This document shows, piece by piece, positions 18,030-27,459 of a DNA stretch of 64,000 bases. Origin of the DNA: Candidatus Latescibacterota bacterium (lineage in GTDB: Bacteria > Latescibacterota > UBA2968 > UBA8231); NCBI GenBank assembly GCA_965221775.1, contig CBDCSU010000004.1, forward strand, positions 96,001-160,000, given 5' to 3'. Made by a program: the position numbers and the translations under genes. How positions within the stretch are numbered: position 1 is the stretch's first letter; the number at the start of each line of letters is the position of its first letter. The notes under the pieces are model-generated. The model searched no databases. It saw only the letters and a list, made by a program, of their open reading frames with translations, and was not told the origin of the DNA.

Positions 18030-18682
18030 GAGTTGATCGGGTTCATATCGCTGTCTTCCTTGCAATAGCTGCACTTGCTTGGTGGATTACTTTGGTCCTT
18101 CAGGGCACCGCAGTCACTTCTGAACACGCAGCACCCTTCACTGTGGTCATGAGTGCTCTTGGAGTGTTAGGGTATGTCTTCGAGCACTTTCTCTGGCGTT
18201 GCCAGTTACTTCACGGATGGTTTTTTACCAGGCCGAATCTTCGCGGGACTTGGCGTGTTGAACTTCGGTCAAGCCATATGAAGCAGGACAGCGGAGAGGG
18301 TGCACCCCTGATTGTGTGCTATATGGGAGTCGAACAGACACTATCGGAACTCAAAATGCATCTGATGACCTCAGAGTCTGAGTCTTGGTGCATCGCGAGC
18401 CATACGAAGCCCTCACCAAGCGGAAACGGTTACCAGGTAGTCTGTGTCTATAGTAGCAAGCCAAATATTCATCTGCGCGACGAACGGATTAGCGAGATAC
18501 ACAATGGAGCTATCATCCTTGACACTCATGGAGCTGGTGTTCGGCCCGACACCCTTACGGCAGAGTACTGGACGGACCGCAAGACGACAGGGACCATGAA
18601 TTTCACCAGCCGTGTGGATCGGGTTTTCACACGCTTTGAAGATGCGAATCAACACTTCGGGGCAAGGACGGGACTACCTTGA
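18026..18682 (+). CDS. cap15: CBASS effector, 2TM + beta-barrel (Cap15/S-2TM-beta)
   Basis: Two N-terminal TM helices, FEHFLWR...RPNLRGTW, SES.S, YWTDRKTTG; GTGA overlap with the cyclase stop. Confidence 0.88.
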   Translation: MRVDRVHIAVFLAIAALAWWITLVLQGTAVTSEHAAPFTVVMSALGVLGYVFEHFLWRCQLLHGWFFTRPNLRGTWRVELRSSHMKQDSGEGAPLIVCYMGVEQTLSELKMHLMTSESESWCIASHTKPSPSGNGYQVVCVYSSKPNIHLRDERISEIHNGAIILDTHGAGVRPDTLTAEYWTDRKTTGTMNFTSRVDRVFTRFEDANQHFGARTGLP

Positions 18683-18689
18683 GGAAGAC

Positions 18690-21600
18690 ATGACCGACAA
18701 ACGGCTCATCGAGGCCGCCTTCCCCCTCAAGCAGGTCTCCCTCGACTCCGTGCACGAGAAGAACGTGCGCCACGGCCATATCTCCACCCTGCACATCTGG
18801 CCCGCGCGGAGACCGCTGGCGGCCTGCCGGGCGGCCCTGATCGCGACGCTCCTCCCCGACCCCGGCAATGCGCGTGAGCGCAAGGAGATCCTGGAGCGCA
18901 TGGCCGGCCGCCTCATCCGGAGGCCCGAGCGCAAGCGGGTGAACGGCCGCGTGGTCGAGCGGGTGAAGGAGGAGACGAGAGGCGGCATCCTCCACTGGGG
19001 GCGGGAGAGCGGCCAGGACCTGGAGTGGTTCCGCGCCGAGATCCGCAAGGCGTACGGTGGGAAGGCGCCCAAGGTGCTGGATCCCTTCGCCGGCGGCGGC
19101 GCCATTCCCCTCGAAGCGATGCGCCTCGGGTGCGAGGTGACGGCCATGGACATCAACCCGGTGGCCTGGTTCATCCTCAAGTGCACCCTCGAGTACCCGC
19201 AGAAGCTCGCCGGCCAGACCCGGCCGCTGCCCGGGTTCGCGCTGCAGGACCGGGAGTTCATGGAGGCCTTCCTGAAGTCGAAAGGCTTCAGGGGCGCCCG
19301 GTTGCGGAGTCTGCTTGACCGCATCGGACACGGCGACGGTGGCGGCGTCCAACTCGACGCTTTGCCGGGCGATGTCCCGGTCACCGAGGCGGACCTCGCC
19401 TGGCACGTGCGCGCCTGGGGCCGGTGGGTGCTGTCGAGGGCGCGCAGGGAGCTGGCTTCCTGCTACCCGAGCTATGCCGGGTTCGAGCCCCTGAAGCCGG
19501 GTCGGGATTTCGAGGCCCGACCGATCCGGCTGCTCGACGTCGATGAAGACGGGGCGCCCCAGGTGGAGCCCTTCAATGCCGGATTCGACAAGGACTATCT
19601 GAAGGACCCGCTCAACCCGCGCTGGATCGCCAAGCCGGCGGTGGCCTATCTCTGGGCGCGGACCGTGACCTGCAAGCAGTGTCGGGCGGAGCTGCCGCTG
19701 CTCAAGACCCGCTGGCTATGCAAGAAGGACCGGAAGCGGGTGCTGCTGACCATGGAGCCCAAGGCGGACGGAACCGGCGTCGTCTTCGGTGTGCTGGGCG
19801 ACGTTGCGCAGAACGGCGGCAACGGGGCCCAGAGGCGGGAGCACGACCGGCGTCTCGGTGGGGGCACCATGTCGCGCACCGGCGCAGCCTGTCCCTGCTG
19901 CGGGGCGATCACGACCATGGAGGACATCCGTCTGGAAGGCCGCGCGGGTCGGCTGGGCGCGGTGATGACGGCCGTGGTCGTGGATGGGCTCAAGGGGAAG
20001 GAATACCGCCTGCCCACGGACCACGAGCGGGCGATGGCGGAGGTGACCGAGGACCGGCTGCAGGCACTCTACGCGGAGATTCCCTTCGGGCTGCCGGAGG
20101 AGCAGACTCCCAAGGCGGGCATCGGGGCGTCGCGGGCTTTCTCGGTGGATGGCTATGGCTTCGACACTTGGCGGAAGCTGTTCACGAATCGGCAGCTGCT
20201 GGCGCTTGGAGAGTTCGTCCGGACGCTTCGAACCCTGATGCAAGAACTCGACGACTGCTCGGAGGGTTGGCGCGAAGCGGTGATTGCGAATCTCGGCCTC
20301 GTCAACGACCGGCTGGCCGACTACTCCAGCGCGGTTTGCTCTTGGCACAACAGTGGGGAGAAGCTCAGAAACACCTTTGGGCGCTTTGCTCTGCCTATCG
20401 TCTGGGACTTTACCGAAGTCAATCCGCTATCAGAAACCTCGGGCAATTATCGCGGTGCACTTGATTGGGTCAGCAAGGCCTGCGAGCACCTCCAGAGAAG
20501 TGTCGATGGTGCCCGTAGCGGGGAGAGCATCCGTGGGTCCGCCATAGTCTGTCCGATCGACAGTTTCGATGTGATTCTCACCGACCCACCGTACTACGAC
20601 GCCATCCCCTACTCTGACCTGATGGACTTCTTCCATGTGTGGCTGAGGCGCACGGTTCCCGGACTGTCCGCCGAAGTCGAGTCTGCCTTCTCCGGGCCCC
20701 TCGGCCCCAAGTGGGACCACGAGAGCGGCGACGGCGAGCTCATAGACGACGCGGGCCGGTTCGGCGGCGACAAGGAGTGTTCCAAGCAGAGCTACGAAGA
20801 CGGCATGGCCCGCTCTTTCCGTTCCTGTCATGCTGCCCTGCAGCCGGACGGGCGGCTCGTGGTCGTCTTCGCCAACAAGCATCCCGATGCCTGGGAGACC
20901 CTGGTCGCTGCCCTGATCCGGGCCGGTTTCGTCGTCGACGGCTCCTGGCCCATCCAGACCGAGATGGGCACCAGGACTCGCGCCATGGCCTCCGCAGCCC
21001 TGTCATCTTCCGTCTGGATCGTCTGCAAGAAAAGGTCCGCCACGGGCTCCGGCTGGGACACCAGGGTCCTCGAGGAGATGCGCGTGAACATCACTCAACA
21101 GTTGCGAGACTTCTGGGACGCCGGCATCCGCGGTCCCGACTTCGTCTGGGCGGCCACCGGACCGGCCCTCGAAGCCTTCAGCAAGTACCCCGTGGTCAAG
21201 AAGGCCAACGCCCCGGGCGAGCAGATGTCCGTGGCGGAGTTCCTGCGCCAGGTGAGGCGCATGGTCGTGGATTTCGTCGTGGGCCGGGTGCTGATCCAGG
21301 ACGGCGCGGCAGAGCAGGCCGAGGAACGGGAGGCTGAGACCGGCCTCGACGACGTCACCACCTACTACCTGCTGCACCGCCACGACTTCGGCCTGGACGA
21401 AGCTCCGGTGGGCGGCTGCATCCTCTACGCCCTCTCCTGCAACCTGTCGGATTCCGCACTGGTCAACCAGCATGACCTTCTCGCCCAGGCGGGCAGGAGG
21501 GCAGCGGGTGAGGAAGCCGAGGAGGAGGGGGACGAGCCGGAAGAGCCAGAGGAGAAGGGCGGCGGCGCCAAGGTGAAGCTGAAGCCCTGGCATCGGAGGA

Positions 21601-21947
21601 AGGGCCGCAACCTCGGCCTGGAAGGGCAGGGAGGAAGGCCTGCGCCGCTCATCGACCAGGTGCACAAGCTCATGCACCTCTGGCGCGCCGGGGACCAGGT
21701 CAAGGTCAACGACTACCTCGACAGCCGCGGCCTGCCCCGAAATGCCCTGTTCAACCAGATCCTCCAGGCCCTCATCGAGCTGGCCGACGAAGGCTCGGAG
21801 GAGCGGGCACTGCTGGAATCGGTGAGCAACCACGCGGCCGGGCGGGGCGGGGTTCAAGCGCCGCGGCAGAGGCGGTTTCAGTTCGGAGAAGCCGGTCGTC
21901 GACCGGAGCCTGCCCAAGATGAGGCTCGACCTCGATATGCGAGGTGA
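18690..21947 (+). CDS. DUF1156-containing adenine-specific DNA methyltransferase
   Basis: KRLIE...LHIWPARRPLAACRA, DPFAGGGAIPLEA, CKQC/CPCC zinc ligands, TDPPYYD, SWPIQTE; GAGGA RBS. Confidence 0.93.
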   Translation: MTDKRLIEAAFPLKQVSLDSVHEKNVRHGHISTLHIWPARRPLAACRAALIATLLPDPGNARERKEILERMAGRLIRRPERKRVNGRVVERVKEETRGGILHWGRESGQDLEWFRAEIRKAYGGKAPKVLDPFAGGGAIPLEAMRLGCEVTAMDINPVAWFILKCTLEYPQKLAGQTRPLPGFALQDREFMEAFLKSKGFRGARLRSLLDRIGHGDGGGVQLDALPGDVPVTEADLAWHVRAWGRWVLSRARRELASCYPSYAGFEPLKPGRDFEARPIRLLDVDEDGAPQVEPFNAGFDKDYLKDPLNPRWIAKPAVAYLWARTVTCKQCRAELPLLKTRWLCKKDRKRVLLTMEPKADGTGVVFGVLGDVAQNGGNGAQRREHDRRLGGGTMSRTGAACPCCGAITTMEDIRLEGRAGRLGAVMTAVVVDGLKGKEYRLPTDHERAMAEVTEDRLQALYAEIPFGLPEEQTPKAGIGASRAFSVDGYGFDTWRKLFTNRQLLALGEFVRTLRTLMQELDDCSEGWREAVIANLGLVNDRLADYSSAVCSWHNSGEKLRNTFGRFALPIVWDFTEVNPLSETSGNYRGALDWVSKACEHLQRSVDGARSGESIRGSAIVCPIDSFDVILTDPPYYDAIPYSDLMDFFHVWLRRTVPGLSAEVESAFSGPLGPKWDHESGDGELIDDAGRFGGDKECSKQSYEDGMARSFRSCHAALQPDGRLVVVFANKHPDAWETLVAALIRAGFVVDGSWPIQTEMGTRTRAMASAALSSSVWIVCKKRSATGSGWDTRVLEEMRVNITQQLRDFWDAGIRGPDFVWAATGPALEAFSKYPVVKKANAPGEQMSVAEFLRQVRRMVVDFVVGRVLIQDGAAEQAEEREAETGLDDVTTYYLLHRHDFGLDEAPVGGCILYALSCNLSDSALVNQHDLLAQAGRRAAGEEAEEEGDEPEEPEEKGGGAKVKLKPWHRRKGRNLGLEGQGGRPAPLIDQVHKLMHLWRAGDQVKVNDYLDSRGLPRNALFNQILQALIELADEGSEERALLESVSNHAAGRGGVQAPRQRRFQFGEAGRRPEPAQDEARPRYAR

Positions 21948-21965
21948 AAGGGCGATAGGCCATCC

Positions 21966-23951
21966 ATGAGCGCGATTCTTCAGATCAACCTGGACGATCT
22001 CCTCCATTGCCGCGGCGTAGAGTCGGAACGGGTCGAGTTCAAGGAGTCCTGGGATTCGCACAGGACCGCCCCCCAAGTGCTGCAGACGATCTGCGCCTTC
22101 GCGAACGACTATCACAATCTGAACGGCGGATACGTCGTCATCGGCGTCGGTGAGCGGGACGGAAGTGCAGTGCTGCCGCCATCCGGATTGTCCGCAGCGG
22201 AGATCGAGGCCGCGCAGCGGTGGATTCGCGGCCACTGCCAACAACTCGACCCGACCTATCAGCCCATCCTCTCTCCCGAGACGGTCGAGGAGCGGCTTGT
22301 CCTGGTGGTGTGGGCACCGGGAAGCGAGATGAGACCTCATCGCGCGCCCTCCTCCAGAGGCGAGTCACCCCGGTACTGGGTTCGTCTCGGTTCAGAGACC
22401 GTTGATGCCGAACAACGCGGCGACCTGCTCCGGGGACTTATTCAGCAGACGGCCCGGGTGCCTTGGGACGATCGCCGGACGCCGGATGCTCAGGTCGATG
22501 ATCTGCGAGAGGCCAAGGTCCGCGAGTATCTGCGCGACGTGGGGAGTGGGCTCCTCAACGAGCCGAATGAGAGGGAAGTCTATCGCCGCATGCGGATCAC
22601 GATGAAGGTCAATGACCACGAGGCGCCCCGGAACGCAGGTCTTCTTTTCTTTTCTAGAGAGCCCGTAGAGTGGTTCCGAGGTGCCAGGATCGAAGTTGTG
22701 CACTTCACCGCGGATCGGGCTGGTGACGTTCAGGAGGAACGCACTTTCGGGGGAGGGCTCGCGGACCAGCTGCGGGACTGCCTGAACTATCTTCAGAATC
22801 TCTCGACCTTCCATGTGCAGAAGCAGGGAGATCGCAGCCAGGTGCGCGGCTGGGTCAGCTATCCGCTGCCGGCGTTGCGCGAGACCCTCGTCAACGCGAT
22901 CTATCACCGTGGTTACGATGTGGATCAGCCCGAGCCCACCAAGGTCTATCTCTATCCGAGCCGGGTCGAGGTGATCAGCTACCCCGGTCCTGTGCCGGGA
23001 ATCGAGCCTCGCCACTTGGTCCCGGACGCGGAGGTTCGGGCCGCGCCCGCTCGCAATCGCCGCATCGGCGAGTTCCTGAAAGAGCTGGGACTCGCGGAAG
23101 GACGCCTCACCGGGCTGCCAAGAGTGTTTCGGGCGATGAAGGACAACGGATCGCCGGTACCGCGCTTCGACTTTGACGAGCAGCGGACCTGGTTTCAAGC
23201 CACTCTGCCCGCTCACCCGGAGTACGCGGCGCTGTCCGCGTTGCGGGACACGGCTCACCTGCGGGCACTGGGAGAGCACGAGGAGGCCCTTCGCCGTATC
23301 GAATCAGCGTGGGCGTCGAACCCCGAGTCGGCGATCCTTGCCGCGGAGATGATTCGTTCGTACGCGGCACAGGGTGAGACCGGACGTGCCGAAGAGGTCT
23401 TGGAAGCGTTCGAGGCGAAGGGACCGCCGAGCGCTGCCGCCCACGTGGCCAATACGTTGATAGAGGCGCTGATGGAAGCCGGAGAGAGTGAGAAGGCGCG
23501 GCGCCTGCTCAAAGAAAACCGGGCGGAACTGTTCGGGCAGGACGCCATCGACGCGGCCATCCTCGCCAGGCGCGCGAAGAACTCCCAAGTCGCGCACCGG
23601 TACTTCGAGCGCGCCGCAGACGCCGTGTATGCCGACCCACGCGCGCTTCTCGAGTTTGCTCAGACCAAGATCTGGTTGGCGGGCGAGGCCCGCAGGCGGC
23701 GGCAACCGGACTCGCGGCGCCGGTTCCTCACGGAGGCCCGCGCGCTTCTGGAGCGTGTGCTTCAGCTGGAGGCCTCGCCGACCCGCCACGCCTGGGCATG
23801 GCGGGAGCTGGCGCGCACGCTCAACTGGCTGGGGGCTCCAGTTCGAGAAATCGAGGAGGCTTGGCAAAAGGCGATCGATCGGATGCCCGAAGAGAGTAGA
23901 TTCGTCGGAGAGAGGGACAATATGCGGGCGTCCAGGCGGCAGGAAACCTGA
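21966..23951 (+). CDS. Schlafen/AlbA_2 domain + HATPase_c_4 + C-terminal TPR-like helices
   Basis: ESERVEFKESW, ICAFAN...GGYVVIGV, YPLPALRETLVNAIYHRGY, RNRRIGEFLKELGLAEG; Ala/Glu/Arg-rich helical C-terminal third. Confidence 0.85.
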   Translation: MSAILQINLDDLLHCRGVESERVEFKESWDSHRTAPQVLQTICAFANDYHNLNGGYVVIGVGERDGSAVLPPSGLSAAEIEAAQRWIRGHCQQLDPTYQPILSPETVEERLVLVVWAPGSEMRPHRAPSSRGESPRYWVRLGSETVDAEQRGDLLRGLIQQTARVPWDDRRTPDAQVDDLREAKVREYLRDVGSGLLNEPNEREVYRRMRITMKVNDHEAPRNAGLLFFSREPVEWFRGARIEVVHFTADRAGDVQEERTFGGGLADQLRDCLNYLQNLSTFHVQKQGDRSQVRGWVSYPLPALRETLVNAIYHRGYDVDQPEPTKVYLYPSRVEVISYPGPVPGIEPRHLVPDAEVRAAPARNRRIGEFLKELGLAEGRLTGLPRVFRAMKDNGSPVPRFDFDEQRTWFQATLPAHPEYAALSALRDTAHLRALGEHEEALRRIESAWASNPESAILAAEMIRSYAAQGETGRAEEVLEAFEAKGPPSAAAHVANTLIEALMEAGESEKARRLLKENRAELFGQDAIDAAILARRAKNSQVAHRYFERAADAVYADPRALLEFAQTKIWLAGEARRRRQPDSRRRFLTEARALLERVLQLEASPTRHAWAWRELARTLNWLGAPVREIEEAWQKAIDRMPEESRFVGERDNMRASRRQET

Positions 23952-23987
23952 TCACATGAGGGAGCGGACTCCTTCCACGAGGACGAC

Positions 23988-26900
23988 ATGACAACCAGGA
24001 CATCCCGGAAACCCTGGCACGAGGTCGTGCAACTGCGCGACGATCTGAAGACGGGAGAGCTGTCCCTCGCGGTCTTCGCCGCCGACCTCTACGACGTGGT
24101 GATGCAGAAGGGCCAGCGGCCGGTGTACGAGCAGCCCGCCGAGTTCTTCGCCCTCACCTTTCCCACCCTGAACCTGCGGGAGTTGGTCAAGGATGTCTGC
24201 CACCGGCTCGCCGGCCGCAGCGACAAGGCGTACCGGAAGCTCTCCGTCAACTACGGCGGCGGCAAGACCCACACGCTCATCGCCCTCAGGCACCTGGTCC
24301 ACGACCCGGCGGCGCTTCCCCCCCTGCCGGCGGTGCAGGAGTTCGAGGCCCACATCGGCTTCAGGCCTCCACAGTCCCGGGTGGCCGCCCTCTGTTTCGA
24401 CAAGATCGACCTGGACAAGGGCGTCGAGACTCCGGGGCCGGACGGCGAGATCAGGATGCTCAGGCACCCGTGGAGCATCCTCGCCTTTCAGTTGGCGGGC
24501 CCCGATGGCCTGCGGCTCATCCACGCCGAGGGCGAGGACACGGAGCGCGATACTCCGCCGGCGGAGCCGCTGGTGGTGGAGCTGCTGTCCCGGCCGCAGA
24601 GGGACGGTCTCTCGACGCTGGTGTTGCTCGACGAGGTGCTGATGTATCTGCGGGTCCTGGCTGAGACCTCCTCCGAGTCACGTGGCCGTCTGTTGAGCTT
24701 CTTCCAGTACCTCACGCAGGCTGTGGTCAAGGTGGACCGCTGCGCCATGGTGGCCTCACTCCTCGCCTCCGACCCGAGAAGGCACGACGACCTCGGCAAC
24801 GAACTGCTGCGCGACGTCTCCGAGATCATCGTTCGGCAGGGGGAGGAGGGTGCCTACCCGGTGGGCAAGGAAGACGTGGCCGAGGTCCTGCGGCGCCGCT
24901 TCTTCACGCCCGAGTCGATTCGCGACCAGAACGCCTTCCGTCCTCACGTGACTTCCGCCGTGGGCAGCATCGCCGGTCTCGATGAGCAGACCGGAAGAGA
25001 GCGTGCCAGCGCCGAGGAGCGCTACCTCAACAGCTACCCCTTCCACCCGGATCTCACCGAGATCTTCTACAACCGCTGGACCCAGCTCGACGGCTTCCAG
25101 CGCACCCGCGGCATCCTCCGCACCTTCGCCATCGCCCTGCGCGACGCCTCCGAGTGGGACACCAGCCCGCTGGTGGGGCCGGGCGTCTTTCTGCGCGCCC
25201 CTGGGAAGGATGGCTTGGCCGAAGCGGCGGGCGACCTCGCTTCCTCTGCCAGCGTCGATTCCGATACCGGTCAGCCCCAGCAGTGGCGGCCGATCCTCGA
25301 AGGCGAGCTGGAGAAGGCGCGCACCATTCAGGACGAGTCGGCCGGCCTGGCACACCGGGAGGTGGAGCAAGCCGTGGTCTCCGTCTTCCTGTCCTCGCAG
25401 CCTATCGGCCACAAGGCGCAGTCCGGGGAGCTCATGGTCCTGCTCGGAGCGGGCCACCCGGACAGGATCGAGCTGGAGAAGGCCCTGCGGCGTTGGACGG
25501 AACAGTCCTGGTTCCTGGACGAGGCGGAGATCGCCACGGGCCAAACCGGCCAGGAGGGGGAACTGCCCAGGGCCTGGCGACTGGGCAACCGCCCCAACCT
25601 GCGCCAGATGCACCACGATGCCTGCAGCAACCGGGTGCCCCCATCACTGGTGGAGTCGCAGATCATCGACGCCATCGACAAGGAGAGGGCCCTCACTTCG
25701 GGCGCCTCCGCGGCCGGCGCCAAGGTGCACAACCTGCCGGAGAGACCGAGCGACATCGGTGATGACGGTGACTTCCACTACGCGGTCCTCGGGCCGCAGG
25801 CCGCCTCCGAGTCCGGCAAGCCGAGCACCCTGTCCAGGCGTTTCCTCGACGAGACCACTTCCAGGGACCGGCCCCGGGTCTACCGCAACGCAGTCGTACT
25901 CGCCGTGCCTTCCCGCGATGGTCTCGACGCGCTGCGCACCCGTGTCCGGGAGTACCTCGGCTGGGTGGAAGTTGGCGACCAGCTCAGTGGTCAGCCCATC
26001 GATCCGCTCCGGGAGCAGATGCTCGCAAGCGAGAGGGATTCGGCGAGGAAGCGAATTCCAGACGCTGTGCGGCAGGCGTACTCCGTCGTCGTCACCGTTG
26101 ACGAGAGCGACGCCGTTCACGCCTTCAAGGTCGTCGTCACCGGGGACCCTCTGTTCACGATCATCAAGGCGGACCAACGGGCCCGCATCCAGGAAACGGC
26201 TGTCAGCTCGGAGGCCATGTTGCCGGAGGGGCCCTACGACCTGTGGCGCGAGGGGGAGGACTCCCGCCGCGTAAAGGACTTGGTGGGCGCCTTCGCGCAG
26301 TTCCCCAAGCTGCCCAAGATGTTGCGGCCCAAAGAGGTTCTGGACACGGTGGTGGACGGGGTCCGGCAAGGGACCTGGGTGGCGCGGCTGGTGCGACCGG
26401 ACCGCACCGTCAGGACCTTCTGGCGCACGGAGGTCGACGAGGCGGCCCTGCAGGACCCGGCCCTGGAGGTGCTGCTGCCGCAGGCCGCCGAGTTGAGCGA
26501 CCTCGCCCCGGACCTGCTGGCGCACGAGAAGCTCCCGGGGCTCTGGTCGGGGGATGAGATCAGTGTGCAGGAGGTCTTCGACTACTTCGCCGGCGGACAC
26601 ACCGTGAGCTTGCCGCGGGAGGGGTACGACGAGATTCTGGTCATCCCGAAATGCGAGCCGGCTCATCTGGAATCGGCCATCTCGCAGGCCGTCGAGCAGG
26701 GGCAGGTGTGGTTGACGAGCGGGCCCGCCTCGATCCTCGACGAACCGGTGCCGGCGGGAGTCCTGAGCGCTGCCGCGAAGCTCAGGCCGCGGCCGGGACA
26801 GATCGAGGTTCCCGAGTTGATGGCCGTGTCGATCCCCGACGCCTGGAAGGATGGCAAGACCAACGCCCTTGCCCTTGCGACCGGCCTCTCCACGAAGCGA

Positions 26901-27305
26901 GGCGTCAGTCTTCCTTGGACCACGGTGCGATCGGCCATCGGGTCGGCCATCCGGGCGCGGTGGATCGAGTTGACAAAGGACAGCCCCGAATGGCCGTGCG
27001 ACTTTGCTGGCGCCCAGCACGTGATCTTTCAGGTCCCTGTCGACGAGGCTCGCGAGAAGGAGAAACCCCTCTACGGGTCGGGGAGCGGGTCCGGGTCTTC
27101 GCCATGTGCCGAGGCGGTTCTTGAGGCCGACCAGATCCAGGACTTGGCCGAACAAGTGCCGGAGCTGCTAAAGGCGGCCGTTGGAAGTGAGCTCAGGTTT
27201 ACGGTCCGCATTGAGGTGGGAGGAGCGGCCGCCCCCAGCCCGGAGGCGGTGCAGAAGATCAAAGATCTGCTTGCCGTGGTGTCGGAGAACCTGCGGCTTG
27301 ACTAG
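23988..27305 (+). CDS. DUF499 family AAA+ ATPase
   Basis: KPWHEVVQLRDD, FAADL, FFALTFPT, YGGGKTHTL, LLDE, EVLRRRFF, YPFHP, FQRTRGILR, YRNAVV. Confidence 0.92.
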   Translation: MTTRTSRKPWHEVVQLRDDLKTGELSLAVFAADLYDVVMQKGQRPVYEQPAEFFALTFPTLNLRELVKDVCHRLAGRSDKAYRKLSVNYGGGKTHTLIALRHLVHDPAALPPLPAVQEFEAHIGFRPPQSRVAALCFDKIDLDKGVETPGPDGEIRMLRHPWSILAFQLAGPDGLRLIHAEGEDTERDTPPAEPLVVELLSRPQRDGLSTLVLLDEVLMYLRVLAETSSESRGRLLSFFQYLTQAVVKVDRCAMVASLLASDPRRHDDLGNELLRDVSEIIVRQGEEGAYPVGKEDVAEVLRRRFFTPESIRDQNAFRPHVTSAVGSIAGLDEQTGRERASAEERYLNSYPFHPDLTEIFYNRWTQLDGFQRTRGILRTFAIALRDASEWDTSPLVGPGVFLRAPGKDGLAEAAGDLASSASVDSDTGQPQQWRPILEGELEKARTIQDESAGLAHREVEQAVVSVFLSSQPIGHKAQSGELMVLLGAGHPDRIELEKALRRWTEQSWFLDEAEIATGQTGQEGELPRAWRLGNRPNLRQMHHDACSNRVPPSLVESQIIDAIDKERALTSGASAAGAKVHNLPERPSDIGDDGDFHYAVLGPQAASESGKPSTLSRRFLDETTSRDRPRVYRNAVVLAVPSRDGLDALRTRVREYLGWVEVGDQLSGQPIDPLREQMLASERDSARKRIPDAVRQAYSVVVTVDESDAVHAFKVVVTGDPLFTIIKADQRARIQETAVSSEAMLPEGPYDLWREGEDSRRVKDLVGAFAQFPKLPKMLRPKEVLDTVVDGVRQGTWVARLVRPDRTVRTFWRTEVDEAALQDPALEVLLPQAAELSDLAPDLLAHEKLPGLWSGDEISVQEVFDYFAGGHTVSLPREGYDEILVIPKCEPAHLESAISQAVEQGQVWLTSGPASILDEPVPAGVLSAAAKLRPRPGQIEVPELMAVSIPDAWKDGKTNALALATGLSTKRGVSLPWTTVRSAIGSAIRARWIELTKDSPEWPCDFAGAQHVIFQVPVDEAREKEKPLYGSGSGSGSSPCAEAVLEADQIQDLAEQVPELLKAAVGSELRFTVRIEVGGAAAPSPEAVQKIKDLLAVVSENLRLD

Positions 27306-27423
27306 GAAGTTGGCCGAACCTGCGCCGTCTCCCGACCCGGAATCCCTTGTCCAGAAACGGGAGAACCCCGTAATTCTTCCCAATAGAGCACCTCGAAGAG
27401 CTGACGCGAGCCCATTTGTGGCC

Positions 27424-27434
27424 TATGCTAACCT
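27424..27434 (+). promoter_or_regulatory. Possible extended -10 element for the downstream trio
   Basis: TATGCTAACCT contains TG-c-TAACCT, about 25 bp before ATG 27460 in a 154-bp intergenic gap. Confidence 0.3.
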
Positions 27435-27459
27435 ATCTTAGGGACTGCAAATCTCCACG

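Noticed and set aside
9940-18682. Integron cassette array
   Set aside because: No intI and no repeated attC-like palindromes between genes; most genes overlap or abut
18681-23992. GAGGAAGACATGAC (18681) versus GAGGACGACATGAC (23979) as recombination sites
   Set aside because: Largely explained by RBS plus ATG-ACN consensus; too short to support more
6319-27305. Calling the backbone canonical BREX, DISARM or type III RM
   Set aside because: No PglZ, BrxL, DrmA/B or Mod/Res signatures recognised
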